This document shows positions 51,025-64,000 of a DNA stretch of 64,000 nt, in pieces. A program made the translations under genes and the position numbers. The stretch comes from Eledone cirrhosa (lineage: Eukaryota). Under the pieces are notes generated by a model. It was not told the origin of the DNA. It did not search any database and was given only the letters and a program-made list of their open reading frames with translations. Positions within the stretch are counted from its first letter, which is position 1. Each line of letters opens with the position of its first letter. The stretch covers positions 20,274,001 through 20,338,000 of the forward strand of contig OZ024741.1 of the NCBI GenBank assembly GCA_964016885.1, in the 5' to 3' direction.

Positions 51025-53400
51025 GAACATAAGCTATATAAGGAGAGCAGTGAGGTGATGTAGATGGTGGGGAAATTTGGAATGGTAAGCTATATAAGGA
51101 GAACAGTGAGGTGATGTAGATGGTGGGGAAATTTGGAATGGTAAGCTATATAATGAGAATAATGGAGGTGGTGTAGATGGTGGGGGGATTTGGAATGGTA
51201 AGCTATATAAGGAGAGCAATGGAGGTGGTGTAGATGGTGGGGAAATTTGGAATGGTAAGCTATATAAGGAGAACAGTGAGGTGATGTAGATGGTGGGGAA
51301 ATTTGGAATGGTAAGCTATATAAGGAGAATAATGGAGGTGGTGTAGATGGTGGGGAAATTTGGAATGGTAAGCTATATAAGGAGAGCAGTGAGGTGATGT
51401 AGATGGTGGGGAAATTTGGAATGGTAAGCTATATAATGAGAATAGTGAGGTGATGTAGATGGTGGGGAAATTTGGAATGGTAAGCTATATAAGGAGAGCA
51501 ATGGAGGTGGTGTAGATGGTGGGGAAATTTGGAATGGTAAGCTATATAAGGAGAGCAATGGAGGTGATGTAGATGGTGGGGAAATTTGGAATGGTAAGCT
51601 ATATAAGGAGAACAGTGAGGTGATGTAGATGGTGGGGAAATTTGGAATGGTAAGCTATATAATGAGAATAATGGAGGTGGTGTAGATGGTGGGGAAATTT
51701 GGAATGGTAAGCTATATAAGGAGAGCAGTGAGGTGATGTAGATGGTGGGGAAATTTGGAATGGTAAGCTATATAATGAGAATAATGGAGGTGGTGTAGAT
51801 GGTGGGGAAATTTGGAATGGTAAGCTATATAAGGAGAACAGTGAGGTGATGTAGATGGTGGGGAAATTTGAAATGGTAAGCTATATAAGGAGAGCAATGG
51901 AGGTGGTGTAGATGGTGGGGAATTTTGGAATGGTAAGCTATATAAGGAGAGCAATGGAGGTGATGTAGATGGTGGGGAAATTTGGAATGGTAAGCTATAT
52001 AAGGAGAACAGTGAGGTGATGTAGATGGTGGGGAAATTTGGAATGGTAAGCTATATAAGGAGAGCAATGGAGGTGGTGTAGATGGTGGGGAAATTTGGAA
52101 TGGTAAGCTATATAAGGAGAGCAATGGAGGTGATGTAGATGGTGGGGAAATTTGGAATGGTAAGCTATATAAGGAGAACAGTGAGGTGATGTAGATGGTG
52201 GGGAAATTTGGAATGGTAAGCTATATAATGAGAATAATGGAGGTGGTGTAGATGGTGGGGAAATTTGGAATGGTAAGCTATATAAGGAGAGCAGTGAGGT
52301 GATGTAGATGGTGGGGAAATTTGGAATGGTAAGCTATATAATGAGAATAATGGAGGTGGTGTAGATGGTGGGGAAATTTGGAATGGTAAGCTATATAAGG
52401 AGAACAGTGAGGTGATGTAGATGGTGGGGAAATTTGAAATGGTAAGCTATATAATGAGAATAATGGAGGTGGTGTAGATGGTGGGGGGATTTGGAATGGT
52501 AAGCTATATAAGGAGAACAGTGAGGTGATGTAGATGGTGGGGAAATTTGGAATGGTAAGCTATATAATGAGAATAATGGAGGTGGTGTAGATGGTGGGGA
52601 AATTTGGAATGGTAAGCTATATAATGAGAATAATAGAGGTGGTGTAGATGGTGGGGAAATTTGGAATGGTAAGCTATATAAGGAGAACAGTGAGGTGATG
52701 TAGATGGTGGGGAAATTTGGAATGGTAAGCTATATAATGAGAATAATGGAGGTGGTGTAGATGGTGGGGAAATTTGGAATGGTAAGCTATATAATGAGAA
52801 TAATGGAGGTGATGTAGATGGTGGGGAAATTTGGAATGGTAAGCTATATAAGGAGAACAGTGAGGTGATGTAGATGGTGGGGAAATTTGGAATGGTAAGC
52901 TATATAAGGAGAGCAATGGAGGTGGTGTAGATGGTGGGGAAATTAAGAATGGTAAGCTATATAATGAGAATAATGGAGGTGGTGTAGATGGTGGGAAAAT
53001 TTGGAATGGTAAGCTATATAAGGAGAGCAATGGGGGTGGTGTAGATGGTGGGGAAATTAAGAATGGTAAGCTATATAAGGAGAGCAATGGGGGTGGTGTA
53101 GATGGTGGGGAAATTTGGAAAGGTAAGCTATATAAGGAGAGCAATGGAAGTGGTGTAGATGGTGGGGAAATTTGGAATGGTAAGCTATATAAGGAGAGCA
53201 ATGGAGGTGGTGTAGATGGTGGGAAAATTTGGAAAGGTAAGCTATATAAGGAGAGCAATGGAGGTGGTGTAGATGGTGGGGAAATTTGGAAAGGTAAGCT
53301 ATATAAGGAGAGCAATGGAGGTGGTGTAGATGGTGGGGAAATTTGGAAAGGTAAGCTATATAATGAGGGCAATGAGGTGGTGTAGATGGTATGGAAATTT
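51025..53400. repeat. 56/57-bp purine-rich minisatellite (~42 units)
   Basis: Unit GGAAATTTGGAATGGTAAGCTATATAAGGAGAGCAATGGAGGTGGTGTAGATGGTGG and variants. Confidence 0.97.
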
Positions 53401-53522
53401 TAGAACTTAACGTGCATTAACGAGTCAATGGGGCAAGGAATACAGAAATTCGTTGCTGCTCGTAAACCTGTCACCTGTATCAAGCAAAATGATATATATC
53501 TATCATAATATATATATGTGTG

Positions 53523-53654
<132 letters not shown>

Positions 53655-53857
53655 CGCGTGTGTGTGTGTGTGTGTGTGTAGGTATGTATATATAAAGAAA
53701 ATTTCGTTCTACATGGCTGAATACAATAAAATGTAATCTGAGTTTTTTCGAATATTAATAATAACATTCGATTCGTTTGCAATTTTGCAAACAAGCCTCA
53801 ATTTTACAGCCATGTCAGTAGAATGAACCCTACATTCTTGCTCTTGTGTTGTTGGAA

Positions 53858-53907
53858 GAACTGCAGACACTAATGTTTCTGGGTATCACCCTTCATCAGT
53901 ACAGCTC
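53858..53907 (-). ncRNA. Type I hammerhead ribozyme (GUC triplet) within element 53695-54100
   Basis: GAGCUGUA-CUGAUGA-AGGGUGAUACCCA-GAAACAUUAGU-GUC-UGCAGUUC. Confidence 0.87.
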
Positions 53908-54540
53908 ACTGTTCACCTGCCAAACTGTCAGAGCTAGTGAAAATATATGCTATTTCTCAAAAATACACAGTGACTGATCGGCCTGATTTGCATATTAGCA
54001 GACAGGCTGATGAATCAGCTCTGCATATTAGCAGATCCACTGATCAGCCAGATTTGCATATCAGCAGACTGGCCAGTCAGTTTCCTGTATACGAGCGATA
54101 TTTTTTACCACATTCTATTGTTGCTATCAATAGTGTCATATTCAAAGAGGGTGGTGATGTTGTGGTCTGTAGCAATGGGTATAATCAAGAGTTTGGGGGA
54201 TCCAGCCGGGGACGGTTGCTTCTGACAGGACCCACTGGAAGGAGTTTTTGAGGACTCTGCCCTCGTGACCCTCTCTGAAATAAGTATGGTAGAAGAAGAA
54301 GAAGAAGAAGAAGAAGAAGAAGAAGAAGAAGAAGAAGAAGAAGAAGAAGAAGAAGAAGAAGAAGAAGAAGAAGAAGAAGAAGAAGAAGAAGAAGAAGAAG
54401 AAGAAGAAGAAGAATTGCTACAGACCACAACATCATCATTCTCTTTGAATATGACACTATTGATAGCAACAATAATATCAACGTATCTTTATGATTGTTC
54501 TGTAGAATAGGAATGTAATTATGTGTTTAAAATTTGCCAA

Positions 54541-54587
54541 TGCTCCGATGATTCCAAATGGCTGTTTGGAAGAAACGATTGTCAGCA
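54541..54587 (+). ncRNA. Hammerhead motif with U4C change
   Basis: UGCU-CCGAUGA-UUCCAAAU GGCU GUUUGGAA-GAAAC-GAUU-GUC-AGCA. It follows an inverted repeat (54115-54176 / 54414-54474). Confidence 0.7.
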
Positions 54588-54792
54588 ATAAAATGTATTT
54601 AACATAGATTTGATTGTTCTGTACTTTATATATATATATTAATGACTCTGTAGCTCGAGTAGAATGTTCGATGGAACCTTATACGATGAGAGCCTACTAC
54701 AAAAACTATACCTCTTGTTGAAACCATCTCTTTAAGGCTGCATTGAGTTCTAAAAACGTTATAAGCTCTATCATAAACAAGTGGATACCAAT

Positions 54793-54899
<107 letters not shown>

Positions 54900-55368
54900 T
54901 TTGCTGATGTTGGATGTGTGACTTTGAATACAACCTTAGAGATTCATAGCGAAAGGCCCTTAAATGTTTTTCATAAACATCCCGTATATTATTCAATATA
55001 CAACACGTATACAGTATATATATATATATATTTATATATATGTATGTATGTATATATATATATATATATTGTGTATGTGTGTACATGTACGAGCTTCTAT
55101 CTACACATACATTTACACACATACACATAAAAAACACCTGGTTATTCAATATACAACACGTACACATTATATATATATATATAGGGCGGTGGATTGGCAG
55201 TATCGGTAGAGGGTCAGACACCATGCTTTCCAGCATAGTTACGTCCCTTTACGATCTGAGTTCAAATCCCGCCGAGGTTGACTTTGCCTTTCATCCTTAC
55301 GGGGTCGATAAAATAAAGTACCAGCAATGCACTGGGATAATTGATGGCCTTGTGCCAAAAGTAGAAAC

Positions 55369-55443
<75 letters not shown>

Positions 55444-55844
55444 GTGTGTGTATGTGTGATGTGAGCACGTGTGTGAGCTGCTGTCTACACATACATTTAC
55501 ATACGTACATATAAAAACCCCAGCTCCGCAGTCGGTGGTTATTTCTGCTCAACTGATAAACAAGACTCCTACACAAACCCCACACGTCACAAAATAACGA
55601 CCTAATACTTTTGGCATAAGTGGCTTTCATTAAATATATATTACATATATGTTAAACAATCTTCGTTTAATGTGTCTATCAGACATTTCGATACTTTCGA
55701 TATCTAAACAAAACTCCAGCATAGTTTTAAAATGGCGACTATTGACATCGACAGATGCATAGAGGGGCTTTTAACTTTTTTCTTCTTGTTTCCTGTTTGT
55801 ATGTTGCGGGGAGGTGCAGCGGGGTTGGGGAGGGGCATTGAGTC

Positions 55845-55923
<79 letters not shown>

Positions 55924-56179
55924 CTCTCTCTCGCTCTCTCTCTTTCCTCTCTTTCTTTCTCTATTTTCTCTTTCTATATCACATTTTTAGGCGGTATGGG
56001 GCCTATTCTTTCACTTTAACCTCTCTCTCTCTATATATATATATATATTTGTGTATGTGTGTGTGTGTGTGTGTGTGTGTCATTCTCTGTTTTTTATTCT
56101 CTTCTCTATTTTTATTTTTATTTTGTAAATGTTTCCTTTCAAATATTTATGTTTCCGTCATCGTGTTTATATGTTGGAG

Positions 56180-56214
<35 letters not shown>

Positions 56215-56385
56215 CAACGACAACAACAGCAGCAACAACACAACAACAACAACTACAACAACAGCAACAACAACAACAACGCCAACAATACAACGACGAC
56301 AACAACAACAGCAACAACAACAACACAATAATAACAACAACAACAACTACATCAACAACAACAACAATCTGACATATTCTTACAG

Positions 56386-56431
56386 CGTGGAGGTGCCGGA
56401 AGGAAGATATCTGGCCAGGAAAGTAACATAA
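56386..56431 (+). CDS. Candidate 46-nt host exon (RGGAGRKISGQESNI in phase 0)
   Basis: CTGAC branch-like motif, TTCTTACAG acceptor and A|GTAAGC donor in a GC-richer unique island. Confidence 0.3.
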
Positions 56432-56536
56432 GTAAGCTGTTAATTTAGATATCAATATTAGGAATATACTTTGGTTTAAGGTTCTAAAACTGATTACTAC
56501 TTGATGTACTGGGGTTGGTGGATAGTGGAGCAGTTA

Positions 56537-59500
56537 CACCACACTACATCATATACTATACTGCTACTATACTATATGACACTATACTATATAACACTAT
56601 ACTACACCACACTACATCATATACTATACTGTTACTATACTATATGACACTATACTATATAACACTATACTACACCACACTACATCATATACTATACTGC
56701 TACTATACTATATGACACTATACTATATAACACTATACTACACCACACTACATCATATACTATACTGTTACTATACTATATGACACTATACTATATAACA
56801 CTATACGACACCACACTACATCATATACTATACTGTTACTATACTATATGACACTATACTATATAACACTATACTACACCACACCACATCATATACTATA
56901 CTGTTACTATACTATATGACACTATACTATATAACACTATACTATATAACACTATACTATATAACACTATACTATATAACACTATACTACACCACACTAC
57001 ATCATATACTATACTGTTACTATACTATATGACACTATACTATATAACACTATACTATATAACACTATACTATATAACACTATACTATATAACACTATAC
57101 TACACCACACTACATCATATACTATACTTTTACTATACTATATGACACTATACTATATAACACTATGCTATATAACACTATACTATATAACACTATACTA
57201 CACCACACTACATCATATACTATACTGTTACTATACTACATGATTCTATACTATATAACACTATACTACACCACACTACATCATATACTATACTGCTACT
57301 ATACTATATGACACTATACTATATAACACTATACTACACCACACTACATCATATACTATACTGTTACTATACTATATGACACTATACTATATAACACTAT
57401 ACTATATAACACTATACTATATAACACTATACTACACCACACTACATCATATACTATACTGTTACTATACTATATGACACTATACTATATAACACTATAC
57501 TATATAACACTATACTATATAACACTATACTATATAACACTATACTACACCACACTACATCATATACTATACTGTTACTATACTATATGACACTATACTA
57601 TATAACACTATACTATATAACACTATACTATATAACACTACACTATACCACACTACATCATATACTATACTGCTACTATACTATATAACACTACACTATA
57701 CCACACTACATCATATACTATACTGCTACTATACTATATAACACTCCACTATACCACACTACATCATATACTATACTGCTACTATACTATATAACACTCC
57801 ACTATACCACACTACATCATATACTATACTGCTACTATACTATATAACACTACACTATACCACACTACATCATATACTATACTGCTACTATACTATATAA
57901 CACTCCACTATACCACACTACATCATATACTATACTGTTACTATACTATATAACACTCCACTATACCACACTACATCATATACTATACTGCTACTATACT
58001 ATATAACACTCCACTATACCACACTACATCATATACTATACTGTTACTATACTATATAACACTCCACTATACCACACTACATCATATACTATACTGCTAC
58101 TATACTATATAACACTACATTATACCACACTACATCATATACTATACTGCTACTATACTATATAACACTACACTATACCACACTACATCATATACTATAC
58201 TGTTACTATACTATACTATACCACACTACATCATATACTATACTGTTACTATACTATATAACACTACACTATACCACACTACATCATATACTATACTGCT
58301 ACTATACTATATAACACTACACTATACCACACTACATCATATACTATACTGTTACTATACTATATAACACTACACTATACCACACTACATCATATACTAT
58401 ACTGCTAATATACTATATAACACTCCACTATACCACACTACATCATATACTATACTGTTACTATACTATATAACACTACACTATACCACACTACATCATA
58501 TACTATACTGTTACTATACTATATAACACTCCACTATACCACACTACATCATATACTATACTGTTACTATACTATATAACACTACACTATACCACACTAC
58601 ATCATATACTATACTGCTAATATACTATATAACACTCCACTATACCACACTACATCATATACTATACTGTTACTATACTATATAACACTACACTATACCA
58701 CACTACATCATATACTATACTGTTACTATACTATACTATACCACACTACATCATATACTATACTGTTACTATACTATATAACACTACACTATACCACACT
58801 ACATCATATACTATACTGCTACTATACTATATAACACTACACTATACCACACTACATCATATACTATACTGTTACTATACTATATAACACTACACTATAC
58901 CACACTACATCATATACTATACTGCTAATATACTATATAACACTCCACTATACCACACTACATCATATACTATACTGTTACTATACTATATAACACTACA
59001 CTATACCACACTACATCATATACTATACTGTTACTATACTATATAACACTACACTATACCACACTACATCATATACTATACTGCTAATATACTATATAAC
59101 ACTCCACTATACCACACTACATCATATACTATACTGTTACTATACTATATAACACTACACTATACCACACTACATCATATACTATACTGTTACTATACTA
59201 TATAACACTACACTATACCACACTACATCATATACTATACTGCTAATATACTATATGACACTATACCACACTACATCATATACTATACTGTTACTATACT
59301 ATACTATACCACACTACATCATATACTATACTGTTACTATACTATATAACACTACACTATACCACACTACATCATATACTATACTGCTACTATACTATAT
59401 AACACTACACTATACCACACTACATCATATACTATACTGTTACTATACTATATAACACTACACTATACCACACTACATCATATACTATACTGCTAATATA

Positions 59501-61035
59501 CTATATAACACTCCACTATACCACACTACATCATATACTATACTGTTACTATACTATATAACACTACACTATACCACACTACATCATATACTATACTGTT
59601 ACTATACTATATAACACTCCACTATACCACATACATCATATACTATACTGTTACTATACTATATAACACTACACTATACCACACTACATCATATACTATA
59701 CTGCTAATATACTATATAACACTCCACTATACCAAACTACATCATATACTATACTGTTACTATACTATATAACACTACACTATACCACACTACATCATAT
59801 ACTATACTGTTACTATACTATATAACACTACACTATACCACACTACATCATATACTATACTGCTAATATACTATATGACACTATACCATACTACATCATA
59901 TACTATATTGCTACTATGCTACACAACTACTATACTATACCACGCTACACTACATCATACACCACACTACATCATATACTAACTGCTACTATACTATACG
60001 ACACTATACTACACTACACTACTACACTATATTACACTATACTGTATACTACACTACAGCAAACTACTCTATATTATACTACATTATGCACTACACCACA
60101 CTCCAATACACCACACTACACCACACTACACCACACAACACCACACCACACTACACCACACTACACCACACAACACCACACTACACTACACCACACTCCA
60201 ATACACCACACCACACCACACCACACCACACCACACTACACCACACTACACTACACTAAACTCCAATACACCACACAACACCACACAACACCAAACTACA
60301 CCAGACTACACTACACCACACTACAATACACCACACTCCAATACACCACACAACACCACACAACACCACACAACACCACACTACACTACACCACACTCCA
60401 ATACACCACACCACACCACACCACACCACACCACACTACACCACACTACACTACACTAAACTCCAATACACCACACAACACCACACAACACCAAACTACA
60501 CCAGACTACACTACACCACACTCCAATACACCACACTCCAATACACCACACTCCAATACACCACACCACACAACACCACACAACACCACACTACACCACA
60601 CTACACTACACCACACTACACTACACCACACTCCAATACACCACACCACACAACACCACACTACACCACACTCCAATACACCACACTCCAATACACTACA
60701 CCATACCACATTCCATTACACCACACTAAACCACACTACACTACACCACACTCCACTACACTACACCACACCACACTACACCACACTAAACCACACTACA
60801 CTACACCACACTCCATTACACCGTACTACACCACACTCTACTACACCACACTACACCACACTCCATTACACCACACTCCAATACACCATGCTACACCACA
60901 CTACACCACACAACATTTTACTACACTACTCCATACTACACCACAATACACTACACCACACTACACCACACTCCACTACACTATACTCCAATACACCACA
61001 CTACACCACACTCCACTACACCACACTACAATACA
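56537..61035. repeat. Pentamer-based satellite (ACTAT/ACCAC), with 65-bp then 50-bp higher-order units then irregular pentamers
   Basis: Direct reading. Almost G-free on the + strand. Confidence 0.95.
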
Positions 61036-61103
61036 AAAGTGACACTCATATAACAAGCGTTTGTCACTATAAATTCTTATATATAAGCACATTCGGGACC
61101 CGG

Positions 61104-61390
61104 TAATTTGAACCAAAACTTCCTCACCCATTGGGGAAAGGTAAGCTTGGACTTCTTGGAACCATATACATATTGTGAACCTTTCGTTTCAACGAAGGGG
61201 CCCCATAATTTGAGCCAAAAGCTCCTCTCCTATTGGGCAAAGGTCGGTTTAGACTTCTTGGAACCACATACATATTGTGAGCCTTTCGTTTCAACGAAAG
61301 GCCCCATAATTTGAACCAAATGCTCCTCTCCCATTAGGCAAAAGCCAGCTTGGACTTCTTGAAACCATATAAATACTGTGAATCTTTCGT
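61104..61390. repeat. ~102-bp tandem repeat, ~2.8 copies
   Basis: TAATTTGA.CCAAA at 61104, 61206 and 61307. Confidence 0.88.
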
Positions 61391-61706
61391 GGCAGCAATC
61401 GAGGCATCAAGTGAGTCTGTGCCAATGAAATACTACCACTTCTATAGTTTCATCAGCCAAAAGATGTAGTATATATAGTGAGGACAGTTGTGATGTTCTT
61501 GTTGACAATGATGTTGTATCTTATGTTGAAGTGTTGTCGGTGCCGAGTGGGTGAAGTCATCTGGTTGTTTTATTGCTACATGTATTCGTTCCATATGAGA
61601 AGCCATTATGGGAAGGTTCTGCGTCTTCAACATGATAGAGGAAGGGGATGAGGAGTAAGAGCAAATGGTGGCTATACTCGATAGTGGGTTACAGCTATCG
61701 TATAGG

Positions 61707-61835
<129 letters not shown>

Positions 61836-61988
61836 CGTAAACACACACATATTATACACACATATATGTTTGTACATTCATATCTATATAAAGAGAGAGA
61901 TATGAATGCACAAACATATATATTAATATATATATATATATATATATATTAATATATATATATATAAATAAATATATATATATAAATA

Positions 61989-62061
<73 letters not shown>

Positions 62062-62064
<3 letters not shown>

Positions 62065-62983
62065 TATAAATTATGTCCTTAGAATCATTTGATAATATAT
62101 ATACTCAATTTCCTCTCCCAATTAACATAATCAACCACACACAAAAAAAAACAATTAAACCAGGCTATAAGATTAAAAGGCACCTGTGAAGAAATAGTAG
62201 ATAAATAAACGACAGCCATTTATTCGCGAACAACAGCCATAGAATATTTATCCATCATTTCAATAGCACATGGAAATCGATTAAATATATCGTCAACCAT
62301 ACACAATTAGGTATAAAATTAAAATTAGAAGAAAACAATGCATATACACATACCAGGATTACGTTTCTACCCTTTAGGGTTTCGTTTGCTTTCGGAAATA
62401 TCCTATCAAGGATAAATTATCGAGCTTCGAACTCATCAGGAAACAAACTTGGACAAAGATTTTTCTTAAATGATCCCCGCCAGAAACGAATTCAAAATGG
62501 CTAAGAACTGAGACGTGGCAGTGGTCAAGTCAGAAAGAATGTGATTGGTGGGTTACGGCTAGTAGGCTGGTTGCTAGAAAGCGCAGCCTAATATTGCCTA
62601 AATTGCATCTCAACCTTATGGGAGATTATCAAATATAAAGATTTACATATACACAAACTAGACAGAGTTATAGATATGTTTTTGGCAACATTCACGATGT
62701 GGCTCAATGATGAATTAATAAATTAAATAATCAGAGCAATATACTATAAATTATGTCCTTGGAATCATTTGATAAGATATATAGTCAATTTCCTCTCCCA
62801 ATTAGCATAATCAACCACGCTAAAAAAAAACAATTAAACCAGGCTATAAGATTAAAAGGCACCAGTGAAGAAATAATAGATAAATAAACGATAGGCATTT
62901 ATTCGCGATCAACAGCCATCATTTCAATAGCACGTGGAAATCGATTAAATATATCGTCAACCATACACAATTAGGTATAAAAT

Positions 62984-62987
<4 letters not shown>
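62062..62987 (-). mobile_element. ~680-bp non-coding unit x1.4 in tandem, containing an HHR, bounded by (TA)n
   Basis: 62062-62325 is repeated at ~62742-62987. HHR at 62363-62444. Confidence 0.75.
62363..62444 (-). ncRNA. Type I hammerhead ribozyme with a stable stem III
   Basis: GUUUC-CUGAUGA-GUU...AAC-GAAAC-CCU AA AGG-GUA-GAAAC. Confidence 0.85.
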
Positions 62988-63078
<91 letters not shown>

Positions 63079-63202
63079 ATCCACGGTAAGTTGTGGGGTC
63101 TAGTCTGCAAGAAGAACTCAACGTAATCCATATGTTGAAAATGTTGTAGGTTAAAATAAATCCCGGAAAACAATAAAACATTAAAAGGAAAACAGAGTCA
63201 TG

Positions 63203-63479
63203 ATATAAGTTAAAACAATGAAATAAAAATTCAAGTCATTAGAAATATATTTCACTGCTTTACGATCGTTTCTAGGTGATGATAATACATCGTAATCATA
63301 CTTCGTTATCGATCTATGTAAGGTTAGTTACAAAATATCAGATAAGGAAAATATTTACTTACTTGTATATCACCAGCTGATAACGAAGTATGGTTACGAT
63401 GTATTATCATCACCTAGAAACGATCGTAAAGCAGTAAAGTATATTTCTAATGACTTGAATTTTTATTTCATTGTTTTAA

Positions 63480-63486
<7 letters not shown>
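63203..63486. repeat. Fold-back palindrome carrying a hammerhead-like motif
   Basis: ~108-bp arms at 63203-63310 and 63379-63486. CUGAUAA...GAAAC-GAUC-GUA at 63377-63428. Confidence 0.8.
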
Positions 63487-63531
<45 letters not shown>

Positions 63532-63534
<3 letters not shown>

Positions 63535-63694
63535 GGCCGTCTTAACAGCATTATAGCCCCCCCCCCCGGGCAAAGCAGAGCACAAGGGCCCCTACCTACA
63601 TAGCCACTCACAGGAATAAAAATACAAATGGGCCCCCTATCCTCGTGGGGGCCCGGGCAACTTTCCAGCGTGCCCATGCGTTAAGACGGCCCTG
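63532..63694. mobile_element. 163-bp hAT-like MITE inserted in (TA)n
   Basis: Perfect 15-bp TIR CAGGGCCGTCTTAAC / GTTAAGACGGCCCTG. Confidence 0.85.
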
Positions 63695-64000
63695 CATATA
63701 TATATATATAAGAGAGTATTGAAGTTTGCTTGAAGCATTGTGGAATAATAAGGGAAATATCTTTAAGTCATTTGGAAGCCTCGACAATGCAGATGGGTAA
63801 ATCTCCAGGTAACAAGATCCGGTGGTGGAGAGAGAGATGTAAGTGGGTGTACGTTGAGATGCGTGGCGTGTATAAGACTGTAACGTGTAGAGGAATGCAG
63901 CAAAGAGCGTAAAGGATAAAAATAACAACACGAGAAAGAGTTACCTTGGGAGAGATTTAATTGTCCCTATATATTTCGGATTCACATCCATCAACTGGGG

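Noticed and set aside
52674-53372. Pro/Ser-rich extensin-like ORF
   Set aside because: Translation of the 57-bp minisatellite.
54265-54510. Poly-Glu ORF and other homopolymeric ORFs (48341-48724, 56049-56455)
   Set aside because: Trinucleotide microsatellites without coding context.
55732-56019. ORF starting MATIDIDRCIE, reminiscent of PPP phosphatase N-termini
   Set aside because: The similarity is only ~10 residues, there is no good splice donor immediately after it, and it runs into a (CT)n tract.
59916-61106. 396-aa His/Thr/Tyr-rich ORF
   Set aside because: Product of a G-poor pentamer satellite that rarely forms stop codons.

Overview
Repeat-saturated eukaryotic (animal) genomic DNA. 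The SINE types, abundant (TA)n/(GT)n/(ATGT)n microsatellites and LINE/Penelope content suggest a cephalopod such as Octopus (inference). No complete host gene is visible, and most long ORFs in the track are translations of satellites. Recognisable coding sequence is retrotransposon-derived: an intact L1/Tx1-type ORF2 with a 17-bp TSD, a decayed RTE LINE ending in three C2H2 fingers plus short internally deleted derivatives, two R4/Dong-type RLE fragments, and about seven Penelope-like element (PLE) fragments. The main hidden signal is RNA-level. I read about 20 hammerhead ribozyme (HHR) motifs from several unrelated families by eye; none was folded computationally. They sit in PLE pseudo-LTRs, in non-coding fold-back palindromes, and in ~450-680 bp tandem non-coding units that resemble retrozymes, and nearly all are bounded by (TA)n. 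Three short candidate host exons are flagged at low confidence.
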